Positions 20,950 through 34,572 are shown, numbered from the stretch's first letter. The stretch is DNA of 64,000 bases from Mobula hypostoma (GCF_963921235.1 NC_086097.1:223884001-223948000); one strand, 5' to 3'. Notes: a model not told the origin generated them from the sequence alone. Program-made: numbers and translations.

Positions 20950-23900
20950 TGTATTATTGGCTACCTTACCTTCATATTTCATCTTTTCTGTCCTTATGGA
21001 TTCTTAACTTGCTTTCTGTTGGTTTTTAAAGGCTTCCCAGACCTGTACCTTCCCACTAATTTTTGCTATATGTCCTCTCTTTTGCTTTTATGCTGTCTTT
21101 CCCGTGTCAGCCACAGTTGCCTGATCCTTCCTTTAGAGTGCTGCTGCTTCCTTGGGATGCATTTATCCTGTGCCTTCTGAATTGCTCCCAGAAATTCCAG
21201 CCGTTGCTGTTCTGTTGTCATCCCTGCTAGTATCACCTTCCAGTCAACTTTGGCCAGTTCCTTTCTCATGCCTCTATAATTCCCTTTACTCCACTGTAAT
21301 ATTGATACATCTGACTTTATCTCTCCCTCTCAAACTGCAGGGTGAATTCTGTCAAAGGTTCCTTTACCTTAAGCTCCTTAATCAAATCTGGTTTATTACA
21401 CAACACTCAATCCAGTATAGTCTTTCCCCTCGTGGAGTTCTCCACAAGCTGCTCTGAAAAGCCATCTCATAGGCATTCTACAAATTCTCTCCAGGGATCC
21501 CCGTCCAACCTGATTTTTCCCATCTACCTGCATAATGAAATTCCCCATGACTATTGAATTGAATTGACTCTATTACTTACATGCTTCATATACGAGGAGT
21601 AAAAATCCTTACGATACATCTCTATCTAAATGTGCAATGTACAATTTATAGTAATTTATAATAAATAGTATGTACAACAGGATAGTAAATATAACATAGA
21701 AATACAATTGTATCAGTATGAATTAATCAGTCTGATGGCCTGGTGGAAGAAATTGTCCTGAAGCCTGTTAGTCCTGGTTTTTATGCTGCGGTACCATTTG
21801 CTGGATAGTAGCAGCTGGAACAGTTGTGGTTGAGGTGACTCGGGTCCCCAATGATCCTTCAGGCCCTTTTTACACACCTGTCTTTGCAAATATCCTCAAT
21901 AGTGGGAAGTTCACATCTACAGATGCGCTGGGCTGTCCGCATCACTCTCTGCAGAGACCTGCGATTGATGTCAATAGGGTTTAGCCTGTATCCATTCCTT
22001 CTGTAGGCCACAAACAGCTCCTCTGTTTCTGCGACATTGAGGGAGAGGTTGTTTTCTTTTTTTTTTGTAATTTATTTTTTATTGAATTTCATCATCAAAC
22101 AAATATTTCCATAAGATGTATTTCAGATACTGTACATATATATCATATAATCATATTTGTCACAAATCTCCACATATTTATCTGAGATATACACTTATAG
22201 AAAGGAGAGGAAAGGAAGAACAATCGAAAGTAGAAAACTATGTAGAGAGTAGGGAGTGATCTTTTTTTTACAACATATTCATTGACTTATGAGAATAAAA
22301 TCAGGCCTATGAGGTGTTATGTAGTTAAACCATTTTTTCCAGTATGAATAAAACTGTCCCAACTTATGATTAACAGATGCTGTTATCTTTTCCATTTTGT
22401 AAATGTCCATTGTAATTTCCATCCATACATTTAAAGTTGGGCTCTCCTGTGATAACCATTTCCTGGTAAGGGTCTTTTTACCAGCCACCAGCAGTACATT
22501 TATTAAATATTTATCTCTTTTCAACCACTCTTGAGGTATATACCCAAAATATATGGTCTTACTCTCTAAGGGTATTTCACATTTAAAGATGTCTTGTAGG
22601 GCATTGTGTATCCCACTCCAATAGTCTTTGATAATGGGGCATTCCCAGAAAATATGATAATAGTTTGCATTTTGATTTCCACAATTACTCCAGCAAGCAG
22701 GGGCGTTACTATCATAATGGGATTTCTGAGAGGGTGTAACAAAATTTCTTATCAAGTTTTTCCACCCGAACTCCCTCCATTTCTGTGAACTGGTACACTT
22801 CCATTGATACCTCCATATTATTGTCCAGTCTTCCTCAGATACTATTATCCCTCCATCCTTCTCCCATTTTGTTTTAATGTATGAAGTCAAATATGTTTTA
22901 AGATTTGACAAACCGTTATACACACTTGAAATTATTCTACTACCATTGTCTGAATCATATGCTTTTCTAAATAGCTGTATCTGACATGTACTTGCCTTGG
23001 TTAATTTTTAACTGTCCTATTTACATACTGTTGCATCTGTAAATACCGGTAAAAGTCTTGTTTTTCTAATAAGTGTTTCTCTTTGAGCATTTCAAAACTG
23101 AAAAGTGTTCCTTCTTTCATTATATTGCAAATATCTGTTATTCCTTTAGTCCTTAAATCTAGCATCCAGTTTATTCGGCGTAAAATCTGAGTCATATGAA
23201 CACTATTTAATAATTGGAATGTCCGTCTCTAGTTTATATTCTTTTATAATAGTTTTCCATATTTTCAGAGTCCATTTCACCCATGGGTTGTCAATATTAT
23301 TTATGTAACTTTGTAGGTTGTTATCAGCCAAAATTGCCTGTATGGGGATGGAAAGTATCCTCTCCTCAATCTTTTTCCATTGAGTGACACGTGATGGGTT
23401 GCACCAACATATCACGGCTCTCAACTGTGCTGCAAAATAATAATCTCTAAGAGAAGGTAGGCCCCATCTCCCCTTTTCCTTGGCTAATTGCAAAGTTTTG
23501 AGATGAACCCTGGGCCTTTTACCTTGCCATATATATCTTGATAACATTTTGTTCCAGTCATTGAATTGATTTTGGTTAATCTCTATTGGTAGGGTCTGAA
23601 AGAGATATAATAGTCTGGGCAGTATATTCATCTTAATAGATTCAATCTTTGAACTGAGACCAAGAAAAGGAATTAGATTCCATCTTGTTATATCTTCCTT
23701 AATTTTTTTTTATATATAGGCTAATGATTGAATTCTGATAATTTTGCCAAATCTTTTGGCATAATGATGCCCAAATATTTGACGGACTCTGTTTGCCATG
23801 CCCAAGGATATCTACTTTCAATTTCTCTTGGTGGACTATAGTTATATGAAAGTAGTTGGGTTTTATCTATGTTGATCTTGTATCCTGATAGTTGGCCATA

Positions 23901-24033
23901 TTGTTCAAAGAATTGCATCAATTTAGGTAAAGAGTATACAACAGGAATTTTGCAGATGCTGGAAATTCAAGCAACACACATCAAAGTTGCTGGTGAACGC
24001 AGCAGGCCAAGCAGCATCTATAGGAAGAGGCGC

Positions 24034-24069
24034 AGTCGACGTTTCAGGCCCAGACCCTTCGTCAGGACT
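24034..24069 (-). ncRNA. Minimal type I hammerhead ribozyme motif (PLE-associated)
   Basis: Minus strand reads AGTC-CTGACGA-AGG GTCTGGG CCT-GAAA-CG-TC-GACT. Confidence 0.78.
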
Positions 24070-24825
24070 AACTGAAGGAAGAGTGAGTAAGGGATTTGAA
24101 AGCTGGAGGGGGAGGGGGAGATGCAAAATGATAGGAGAAGACAGGAGGGGGAGGGATAGAGCCGAGAGCTGGACAGGTGATAGGCAAAAGGGGATACGAG
24201 AGGATCATGGGACAGGAGGCCTAGGGAGAAAGACCGGGGGGGGGGGTGACCCAGAGGATGGGCAAGAGGTATATTCAGAGGGACAGAGGGAGAAAAAGGA
24301 GAGTGAGAGAAAGAATGTGTGCATAAAAATGAGTAACAGCTGGGGTACGAGGGGGAGGTGGGGCCTAGCGGAAGTTAGAGAAGTCAATGTTCATGCCATC
24401 AGGTTGGAGGCTACCCAGACGGAATATAAGGTGTTGTTCCTCCAACCTGAGTGTGGAACAACACCTTATATTCCGTCTGAGTAGCCTCCAACCTGATGGC
24501 ATGAACATTGACTTCTCTAACTTCCGCTAGGCCCCACCTCCCCCTCGTACCCCAGCTGTTACTCATTTTTATGCACACATTCTTTCTCTCACTCTCCTTT
24601 TTCTCCCTCTGTCCCTCTGAATATACCTCTTGCCCATCCTCTGGGTCACCCCCCCCCCCGGTCTTTCTCCCTAGGCCTCCTGTCCCATGATCCTCTCGTA
24701 TCCCCTTTTGCCTATCACCTGTCCAGCTCTCGGCTCTATCCCTCCCCCTCCTGTCTTCTCCTATCATTTTGCATCTCCCCCTCCCCCTCCAGCTTTCAAA
24801 TCCCTTACTCACTCTTCCTTCAGTT

Positions 24826-24861
24826 AGTCCTGACGAAGGGTCTCGGCCTGAAACGTCGACT
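24826..24861 (+). ncRNA. Minimal type I hammerhead ribozyme motif (PLE-associated)
   Basis: AGTC-CTGACGA-AGG GTCTCGG CCT-GAAA-CG-TC^GACT: both core boxes, stem I AGTC/GACT, stem II AGG/CCT, loopless palindromic stem III ACGT. Predicted cleavage is after 24857. Confidence 0.82.
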
Positions 24862-27529
24862 GCGCCTCTTCCTATAGATGCTGCTTGGCCTGCTGTGTTC
24901 ACCAGCAACTTTGATGTGTGTTGTTAGGTAAAGAGTATGCTGGTTGCCCTAGATAGTTCAAAATGTCATCCGCGTAACAGGCCAATTTATGCTCTGTCCC
25001 TTTAATAGTAATTCCCCTGATATCTTCAATTTGTCTAATCTATTGAGCTAATGGTTCCAGATATAATGCGGTGAGTAGTGGTGACCATGCACAACTCTGT
25101 CTCGTGCCCCTTTCTAGGGTAAAATTATTAGATAAATATCCATTGATTTTAATCCTGGCAGTAGGATTGTCATATAATGCCTGTATAGTTTTAATAATTG
25201 TGTCACGTAGACCAAATCTATGTAAAACTTTGTAAAGAAAATTCCAATTAACCGAATCAAATGCCTTTTCAGCATCCACGCTTATCACTATTGCTTCAAT
25301 TTCTTTTTTTTTTATATGATCCATAATGTGAAGTGTCCTTCGTATAGTCTTGTGTTTGGCGTTATTGTATAAGACCTGTCTGATCATTATGTATCAGTGT
25401 GGGTAGAAACTCTTCTAATCATTTGGCCATGATGGAGGTAAATATTCTGTAATCCACATTAAGAACAGATATTGGTCTAAATGACGCACGTTCCATTTTA
25501 CCCTTGCCTTCTTTCGATATAGCTGAGATTATCGCCTCCTTCCAGCTGGGTGGCATTTGTACATTTCTTAGGGCCCAGCTCAGTGTGGGGAGTAAAATAG
25601 GAATCAACTCACTTCTAAACTCTTTATACCACTCTGCCGTATATCCATCTGATCCTGGTGACTTGCTTAATTTAAGCCTACAAATTGCAGTTTTTAGTTC
25701 AGCTTCAGTTATGTCGGCAGTCATCGTTCTATTTTGTTCTTTGCTTAAAGTGGGCAACTCTGAAGAATTCAGGAAGGTGTCAATTTGGGTTGTGCTTCCC
25801 CCTGGAACTTTGAAATATAGAGTTTTGTAAAACATTTCAAAAGCTTCTTGAATTTCACTTAGCTTATTCTTTTTAATCACTTTTGTTCTTGGATCCCTGA
25901 TTCTATGAATTGTATTTTCTGCTATCTTTTTTTTCAGTTTCCACACCAGTATTTTCATAGATTTAGATCCATTTTCATAATGTCTCTGTTTCAGTAACAT
26001 TAATTTTTTTTGATTTCTTGTGTAGCCAAACTATTAATTCATTCCTAATTTTTAAAATTTCCTCTAGTGTATCCTGTGCCAAACTCAATTTGTGTTTTTT
26101 TCTAGTTCCTTCAGCCTATTTTGTAATTCCTCTAATGTTTTATTGCTTATTTTTTTCTTATATGAAGATATCGCTATAATTTTCCCTCTTAAGACAGCCT
26201 TCAGAGTATCCCATAGAATGGGAGGTGAAACCTCTCCATTATCATTAAATTCTCAGTAAAGACCAATTTCTTTTTTAATTTGTTCCTTAAAATGGGGATC
26301 ATTGAGTAGATTTGAATTTAGTTTCCAAATAGTATTCTTTGGTTGTAGGTCAAAATCAACAGATAAATATATAGGTGCATGGTCACTTACATCTATTGTC
26401 CCAATTCCACAGGTGATAATTTTATCTCTATCTTTTCCAAATGTTATGAAATAGTCTATTCTTGTATATATGGAATGGGGGGCAGAATAATGAGTGTAAT
26501 CCCTTCTGTTGGGGAAAAGGTCCCTCCATGTATCAACTAGAGCAACATCCTCAAAAAGAGTGTTAACTTTCTCATGTAAGGACTTTGTTTCATAAGTTTT
26601 TCTATTGGAAGAGTCTAACTTTGGTTGTAATTGTAAATTTAAATCTCCCCCACATATCAAGAGACCTTCTGTTTCCATTACCATAATATTAGTAATTTTC
26701 TGGAAGAAACTAATATCACTCCTTGGGGCTGCATATATATTCAATAAAGTAACTGGATTTCCATCTATATTCCCCCTTACCAGAATATATCTGCCCTCCT
26801 TATCTCCCATTTTGAATACTTTTTCAAAATTTAGCTTGCTTGAGATGAGAATAGCAACTCCTGTTCTATGTCCTGATTTATATGAGGAGAAAAACAAATT
26901 AGTAAAGCCCATTCTCTTTAATTTTCCATGCTCATTTATCACTTGTGAGTTTCCTGTAAGTATACTACATGGGCTTGTTCTTTTTTCATTTTTGATAATT
27001 TTACTGCACTTGACTGGATTCAACAGCCCATTGACATTAAAAGAAATGAATTTTACTTTATCCTTAGCCATGTGTATTTATCTGTTGGTATATTATTGAA
27101 ATTTGCAGAATATAACTTAATCGATCTACTCCCTGAAGAAATAAGAGCCAAGAAACGCGAATAATTTTTAAAAAAGGTAACGAAGGTGTGATTCCAAGGC
27201 TGGGGTCTCTAGATGACCCTGGGTTGAGCTAGAAGAAAAGTCTAGCCGTGTGGGATAGCCCCTCCTACCTGTGAGTTGAGGGCCCCCGTTACAGTACCTA
27301 TAAAATTAAGTAAAAAAAACTACGTCCTTTACACAGAAATGATTTCCCTGTGTATTCCTCCCATGTATATATTCTCATTTAGGTGGGGAAAAAGGAATGA
27401 ATAAATGAATTTTAAAAAATTGAGTAATATAAAATCCACGTTATAATACGTATTTCTCGAGATAGGTACATCACTGTCTATTTTTGCTTCATTTTAGTTT
27501 ATCAGCACTTTTAAAGTTAACCAAACCTT

Positions 27530-28538
27530 ATGGCTCTTCTGGAGGAGGTGAGGGCTGCCCTCGGAGAACTGACAGTCTCTTCCTAATATCCTTCTCTTGT
27601 CCTGCTCCCGTCCCCTGCTTTCTAGGTTCTCTTACTATTTCCCAAGCAGATCAGGATAACTGCTCAGCCAGACTTTCCCTTGGTTTGACCACCCTAATGG
27701 GCAGTCCTCTGTTGTTCATGTCTGTAGTCGCCTCTTCCACTGTCTGATATAGTCGTATCCCTTCTTGGTAAAATACCCTTAGTTTAGCAAGGTATGGGGT
27801 TTGGAATTTAATCTTTTCTTGCCTTAATATTTGTTTTGCTTCGGAATATTCCTTCCATTTCTGTAGGACCGCCGGGGGTAATCATGATTGGAATATATTA
27901 ATTTCCTGTTCCAAAACACCCATTTCTTACCTCAGGCCCTTTGTAGAATCTCCGCCTTGCTCTTGAATCGAAGGAATCTAAGTACTATTGAGCGCGGTTT
28001 ACTTTTTCTGTCTCTGGGAGGCCGCGGGATGAGTAAACAATGTGCCCTCTCAATTTCAATCTCCATAGTCCAGCACGTCCTGCAGCAGCTTGTCCACAAA
28101 GTCCATCATCGACAATCCCTCCGCTCCTTTGGGAACATTATAAATCCTGATACTTTTCCATTGCGATCTTCCCTCCTGGTCAAGCAATTTACTTTGCTGT
28201 TGATTTAATATTTTTATCGTTTTACTTAGTGTCCGTTCCATGTTTTGCATGCGGTCTCCCACCTTCTCAATTCGAGTCTCTGCCACTGCTATTTTCTGAT
28301 TGGCAAGCTCTGACTTTATATCATTGAGTTGCTGTTTTATATCTTTTTGGACTTACCTTATCTCTTCCAGAATCCTTATCATATTTGCCGCTTCGCCTGC
28401 ACAAGGCCCCGTGTCAGCCTCGCTGCCACACGCACGTGTAGGAAAGCCGCGCGTTGTATCTCTCTCTTCCATAGGCTCCGCAGTGATGCTTTTTTTAAAA
28501 TCTCCATTCTTTTTCCCCGTTCTTGTCCCCCTTATCAA
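27530..28538 (-). pseudogene. L1 ORF1 remnant
   Basis: AETRIEKV...LDQEGRSQWKSIRIYNVPKGAEG remnant upstream of ORF2. Confidence 0.75.
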
Positions 28539-30384
28539 TTCAGATATTTTTGAAAGATCTTATATTTGATGGATTAATGGGGCAAAATATGCGTTTTTCC
28601 AGAGGAGCTATTGATTTAAGCTGCCATTCTGAACGATGATGTCACTGGAACCCCGAGAGGTTGTTTTCTTGACACCACTGTGTCGGGGTGATGACTTCTT
28701 CGCTGTAGGGTGCCCCATTATTCTTTGAGATTAAGCCAAACAGTGTTTTATCATTAGCAAACTTAATTAGCAGATTGGAGCTGTGGGTGGCGACACACTC
28801 ATGGGTATACAGAGAGTAAAGGAGGGGGCAGGACACATTCCTGGGGGGGCTCCTGTGTTGAGGGTCGGAGGGGCAGAGGTGAGGGAGCCCACTTTTACCA
28901 CCTCCCAGCAACCTGACAGGAAGTTTAGGATCCAGCTACACAAGGCAGGATGAAGGCCGAGGTCTCTGAGCTTCCTGTTGTGCCTGGAGGGAATTATGGT
29001 GTTGATTGCTGAACTGTAGAACAGCATTCTCACATAAACATCCTTCTTCTCCAGATGTGTAAGGACGGTGTGCAGAGCTGTGGCTATTGCATCATCTGTC
29101 GATCGGTTGTGCCAGTAGGCGAATTGTAGGGGGTCCAGTGTGGGTGGTAGCAAGCTGCAGATGTAGTCCTTGACCAGCCTCTCAAAGCATTTGCTTATTA
29201 TTGAGGTGAGTGCGACAGACATGTTACCTTGGTCTTTCTAGGTACAGGAACAATAGTGAAGCAGGAGAGGACTCTACACTGAGAGAGGGAGGGATTAAAA
29301 ATGTCTGTAAACACACCTGCTAGTTGTGCCACACATACTCTGGTGAGTACTCGCCCTGGGATGCCGTCCGGTCCCGCAGCCTTGCGACTGTCCACTTGTT
29401 GGAAACACTTGTGTACTTCAGTCTCAGAAATGACCAACATTGGCCCTTTCCTATCTCCCTTTGTAATTTGTACCACACATTCTGATTACTGTTCAGAGGT
29501 CTGCTTATAAATCCCATTAGGGTATTTTTAACCTTTCAGTTTCTTAAGTCTACCCACAAAAATTCTATGTCTTTGGACCCTACTTCACCTATTTCTAAGT
29601 AGCTGCTTTCACTTCTACCCAATAAGCCACCCCACCTCGCCTGCCTACTTGCGGGTCCTTTTGAGATGAGCTTGAATTCTATGAGTAATTGCTGTCAGTA
29701 ATGTATTAGCTAGTATTTGATTAAACTATTGGAGTTACTGTAAACTGCCGAGAGTCGGATGGTTTCTTAGCAGCAATGAGAATTTTGGTAATAAAATTTT
29801 GTCCACTTTATTAAAAACTATTCTTACCCAGTGAAGGCTTTGATGTATTGTCAGAAATTAGAACAGTAATAGAAAGCAATGAAATAGAACAGGGTATTCT
29901 GGACAATAATTTATCATTCAGGCAGAATCTTTAAAGAGAGAAAGGAAGTGATTTTAACTATTGGCATGACCACAGCTTGTTGCTAGGATGGAGCAGTGGG
30001 ATGGCAGTGGGGAAAAGTCATTTTTCAATTTCCAGACTGGCCATCCTCTGGTCTTGTCCATTATTAATAAAACTGGTGAGTAAATCAATGGGAGAATGGA
30101 ATCAGGGTTTCTCGCCAGACCAGAGCTGGAATTTCAGCAACATCTGGATGTTTGTTCTTGTTTTTAAATATTTTTGATGGTTATAGTGTTATCAATGTTT
30201 TGTTTTTTTACATGCAATTAATATTTCTGTTTCTGGTGATGGCTCAGGTACCTGTTTAATAATTTTGGACGATAACGCTCTGCATCAGAGCTCTTGTGTT
30301 AATAGGTTATTTTGGACAACTATGTCCCATGGGATGGAAAGGATCTTAGATGCTAAACAAACTAGGTTTCAAACTAATGTGTGT

Positions 30385-30672
30385 GGGATAGTCTAGGACC
30401 AGAGGTCACAACCTCAGAATAGAAGGATGTCCCTCTAGAACAGAGATGAGGAGGAATTTCTTTTGCCAGAGGGTGGGGAATGTGCAGAATTCATTGCCAC
30501 AGATTGCTGAGGAAGCCAAGTCATTGGGTATATTTAAAGAAGAGGTTGATAGTCTCTTGATTAGTAAGTGCATCAAGGGCTGTGGGGAGAAGGCAGGAGA
30601 ATGGGGTTGAGAGGGATAAATAATCAGTCAAGATAATCAGAAATGGTGGAGCTGACTTGATGGGCTGAATGG
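30385..30672 (+). mobile_element. CR1-type LINE 3' fragment
   Basis: Matches the other CR1 3' ends in the window. Confidence 0.72.
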
Positions 30673-31399
30673 TGTTGTTATTCTTGTGGTTGTCATTGTG
30701 ATGTCTGTGCCAGATGACCTGAAGAAGAATTATAAAGGAAAAAAATGCCAGTCTTACTATTATACTGGTGGATTCATCTGAAGCAGCAGCAGTCACGTCA
30801 GTTCACGCTTTACATGGTAACAGGTGTTTAAAAAAGGTTTAGTTGGCCTCCCAAGTGTGGGAGTGTTGCAGGGATGCTAGGTCCTTGAGAAGCCATCCTA
30901 CTTCTTTGCTTGTGTTTTTTCATAATCTGACTTGCCTCGAGTCTGGAACAGCAAAATTCCCTACTCAACATTTAAACTGATTCTGTGCTGGGACATTACA
31001 GGTCACCGCAACGTGTAGTTGTGTTTGACTGTGCTGCTGGGAAGCCTTTACTTTTTCAGTATGGTGTAGTCAATGCTAGGAAAACTGTATGACAAATAAC
31101 AGCTACAAATTGCAAATTATAGATCAGTGTAATAAGCGTGATCCCAGTGTACTGCATCACTTAAAAGGCTCTGGGCCACCCCCAGGAAAGATTTCACATT
31201 TGTGCCTACCAGGTAACTTTTTTGACTCTGTGTTCTTGGTAGCACCAATATATAGTCTGAGCAGCTTACTATTCTAGTTGTCCAACAATATTCTGTTTAT
31301 TGTGTGATAATATAACTAAGAAATGCAGACGTGTCACAACTTGAATCAAATACTGTCACGACAAGAAGGACCAAGCAATCACTTGGCAAAAACAAAGTT

Positions 31400-34300
31400 T
31401 GATAGAAATCATTAAAGTTGCTTTATTTAACCATAAGTAAACACAGAGCAACAGCTATGATTAGATTCACTTTTTTTTATCAGTACAACTTGTCTTCATG
31501 TAATAGTACAATAATTATGAACACACTATTCATCACATCAGCAGATGCTGTGGTTCAGGTTAAACAAAATGATTTTTCTTTACTCTTCCTTGGATTTCAT
31601 ATTACAGCAGCATTTTCTGCCTGATTATTTCTTTTCCAAAAATCTAACTACACATGTCTCTGTTTTGGTAATTTCTTCCTGTACTAGTCACAATCAGATA
31701 CTGTATTGCAAAGCAAACGGTGGAGGTATATTTCCAATTAAGTCTTATTATTAACAACTAAAGATCTAACTATGTAATTGTTAGTTCAATAGAATTTAAG
31801 ACCTTAGCCGTCCAAGGTCATTAACAACAATATTGGTGTGGAAACTAAATTTCTCCTGTAGTCTGGTTTTTAACCAACAGAATACTTGTCTCATCTGGGG
31901 TATTTTTAATAACTTGGGTGAACTACCAGTGTCTATCACAACACCTATGGCAGCCTGCTTAAATGAAATGGTCTGATATATTGCTTGTCTTCTGACAGCA
32001 GCCCTTGGAGAAGTCTGGTTATGGTTGGGTGAATGAGAAGAATGGAAGCCTTTTCCAGGTTGCCATCCTCCCATGAGCTGTTTGTGAAAATAATTCTATT
32101 CTTGCTAATTTTTAAGTGACTTCCATGTCAGCCTTAATAAGATTGACTTTAAATTGGGAGATGATGTATTGAGATTCATTTGGATCTGGGAGACTGCACT
32201 ATAAAATTAGTGCCTTTTGGTCCCCATTTAGCAATTGGACAAAGTATGATATATTTGATTTAACCATGCTCAGGAGAAATACAATACTAAAACAACTCAT
32301 TTTATTATTTCCTGCATGTGCAAAATTGGTCAATAGATCTCAAAAAAAGCTAACATCTGAGTAGTAGCTGTCATTCAGATAACTAGCGCACACAATGTGA
32401 CTGTAGGAACAAATAATAGTTTTATTCTCAAGCAATTACAGTCAAGTAAACTGCACAGAACAAATAATGGATGATAGGTTTACAAAGAACAGAATTAAAT
32501 AATTCCAAGGTTCAGAACACCAGAAAAAGACATTCAAAATGTTAGAATATATAACAATTTATCGACAACTCACAAGAATTGTCCACTTGGCGCATTGTTT
32601 GATAAATATAAAGATGTGTATAGCATGTCATTTATTTTAAAAAAAGACAAAAGGATCCATGCTAAAATAGAGCTGTGTACATTTAGAAAAATGCCAGCAG
32701 TTTCTGGCTCATGCTTCTTAAAAAAGCTCATGATTTTAATATAAGAAAATTCCTTTTTTTAAAATTAAATTACTAAAGTGAACTTCATTTCCAAAAAACA
32801 TTCCCAACAACTCTTGATTTTTGTGCCAGACAAAAAAGTTTCTACATAAAAACTTCCATTACTTTTGCACTGACCCAAAGACACATTCTGAGATAAACTT
32901 CTATCTGAAGCAAGGTCAGCTTCGATGCACACTGGTGACAATTTCTCTTTTATTCTCTTTTCCTTTTCAACTTCTCTTCTTCACTTCACACTGTTCACAT
33001 ACATAGGATTTTGAACACACCTCTGCAAAAAACACCATCTATTACCGATCTGAAATCAAACCGATTTCAGATAATAAATTATGTAGCATCTATTTAACTC
33101 CACAGGACTGATTTCTTGAAATTGTGTCCCAATGATACTATTTTGCATGGAAGCATGCAAACTAACATACGGGTTACATTTAAAATCAGTACCTGTAGAA
33201 TAGTACATCTTTCTGCAACGCATTATATATAATCTGTTTTAAGTTATGCAGCCCTTACTTTTTCGGAGATTAATATCAATCTAGTGCTCTAGTCTAAAAT
33301 CAACCACACCAAATACTCAACCCTTTGAAATAAACATGCCACTACAAATAACATGAAGGTTGATAAAGCAAAATGGTACAGAAATCACCATTGACTATAT
33401 TAGAGTCAATTAAAATAATTAAGACGGATATTCAACAAACATTCCAAATAAATCCTTTGAGGCCAATACTTTTGAGGTAAACATGATCATTTCTGAAGAC
33501 TTGTGAAGGCATCAGCTTCGTTAACATTCAGATTACAATGCTCTACCTGAATGGATTCAACACTATAAAATTAACTCCTTTATTTAAAAAGAAAATCCAC
33601 ATGCAAAAAGAAAACCCCATCCTTAACTCTGGTTTCTTGGTGTTGACACGTATGCTAATCTGTATTAGTGGTCACCACACTTCAGAAAATCTCATTAACT
33701 GAATGGAGGCTCCAAATTATGTCACTGAAGGCAAAGAAAAGGAACTCATTCTGATTTTAAATAAATGCTCTAAATATTAGACAAAAAGAAAAGCTTAATC
33801 AGTGACAGAAAATGTATAACTTTCATGCAAAAAAAGTGTGTGAACTGTTATTTTCAAAATGTCTCGAACACTGTACAAGATGATATGAGCAGCAGGTAAT
33901 GGAATAAGACTGGTTGAGTGATGCTGCTAATGTACTTCTTTTAACGAGATATGAGAAGCCACTGGAAATTGCATTCACAGCACAGAATCTTCCAACCACA
34001 TTCCTCTGGCAGCCGTCTCCTTCTCCCAACTGCATGGCAAAACAGTAAAAAAGTAAGGCATCTGTTACCATCCATCAACATAAGCGCAGTCTGTACATTT
34101 CCAGTGAAGTCACACTCTGCAAGAGCAGATGGAACAGCCATACACTTCAGTGGTTAGGCTGGTTCAGCAGATTTTTCCAACAACATGGCCACTTGCTTCA
34201 GTTTCAGAGGATCCAGAGCCACAAATCATCGCCAGGGAACACATCAGCCCCTGACTTAATTTCCAAGTCTCATCTTTCTTGAGCACCACACCAAATTCAA

Positions 34301-34400
34301 GTCTCTTTCCCTGTGTCTCAGCATGTCTGGTGTCAGTAATAGGGCTGATGGAACAACTGCAGAGAACGGACGGCTAACACCCTTAATTTTCATGACTTCA
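31400..34400 (-). other. JPH1: Probable JPH1 terminal non-coding (3'-UTR) exon
   Basis: Acceptor ttttgacccttcag ends at 34401. About 3 kb of AT-rich, repeat-free sequence follows, with AATAAA at 31422-31427 and a U/GU-rich tract after it. The 3' end is inferred. Confidence 0.6.
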
Positions 34401-34572
34401 CTGAAGGGTCAAAACAGTTAGATCATTAAATAATTATGCTGAATCACATTCAGGCACAGCTATAGTCAAACAAGAAAAAATGAACAGTTTAATGACAGTG
34501 ATAACAGAATAAAGTAAAATTTTATAAAGTCTTTGATGAGTAAAATTAAATTCTTACCTTCGCAAATTCTTG

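Larger units (their letters stand above)
23938..24923. mobile_element. PLE fold-back (hairpin) insertion, 986 bp
   Basis: 469-bp arms 23972-24440 / 24455-24923, 14-nt loop, 34-nt tail on the left only, and a perfect 15-bp TSD TTAGGTAAAGAGTAT (23923-23937 / 24924-24938). Confidence 0.95.
22279..27071 (-). pseudogene. L1 ORF2 (APE endonuclease-RT-Cys domain), disrupted
   Basis: SFNVNGL, GGDLN, RIDY, SDHAP, KSPGSDG, DAEKAFD, RGTRQ, KYLGI and HIFWECP are spread over several frames and interrupted by the PLE at 23938-24923. Confidence 0.9.
22059..28654 (-). mobile_element. Full-length L1-clade LINE, frameshifted
   Basis: 16-bp TSD GAGAGGTTGTTTTCTT (22043-22058 / 28655-28670), poly(A) tail with AATAAA, 5' end GGGGTTCC...AGAATGGCAG, and ORF1 and ORF2 remnants. 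Confidence 0.92.
21556..29435 (-). mobile_element. Rex1/Babar-type LINE split by L1 (pieces 21556-22058 and 28655-29435)
   Basis: RT remnant [13 protein letters not shown]...[25 protein letters not shown]...RSTDDAIA and a (CAATT)n 3' tail near 21556. Confidence 0.82.
20105..29665 (-). mobile_element. Old CR1-type LINE segment hosting nested insertions (pieces ~20105-20244, 20950-21555, 29435-29665)
   Basis: MRKELAKVDWK...QKAQDKCIP remnant. The sequence resumes across the inserted elements. Confidence 0.65.

Noticed and set aside
23938..24923. DNA transposon or MITE interpretation of the palindromes (also 42813-43034)
   Set aside because: The arms are PLE 3' sequence, the ends are asymmetric, and TSD length varies from 12 to 15 bp.
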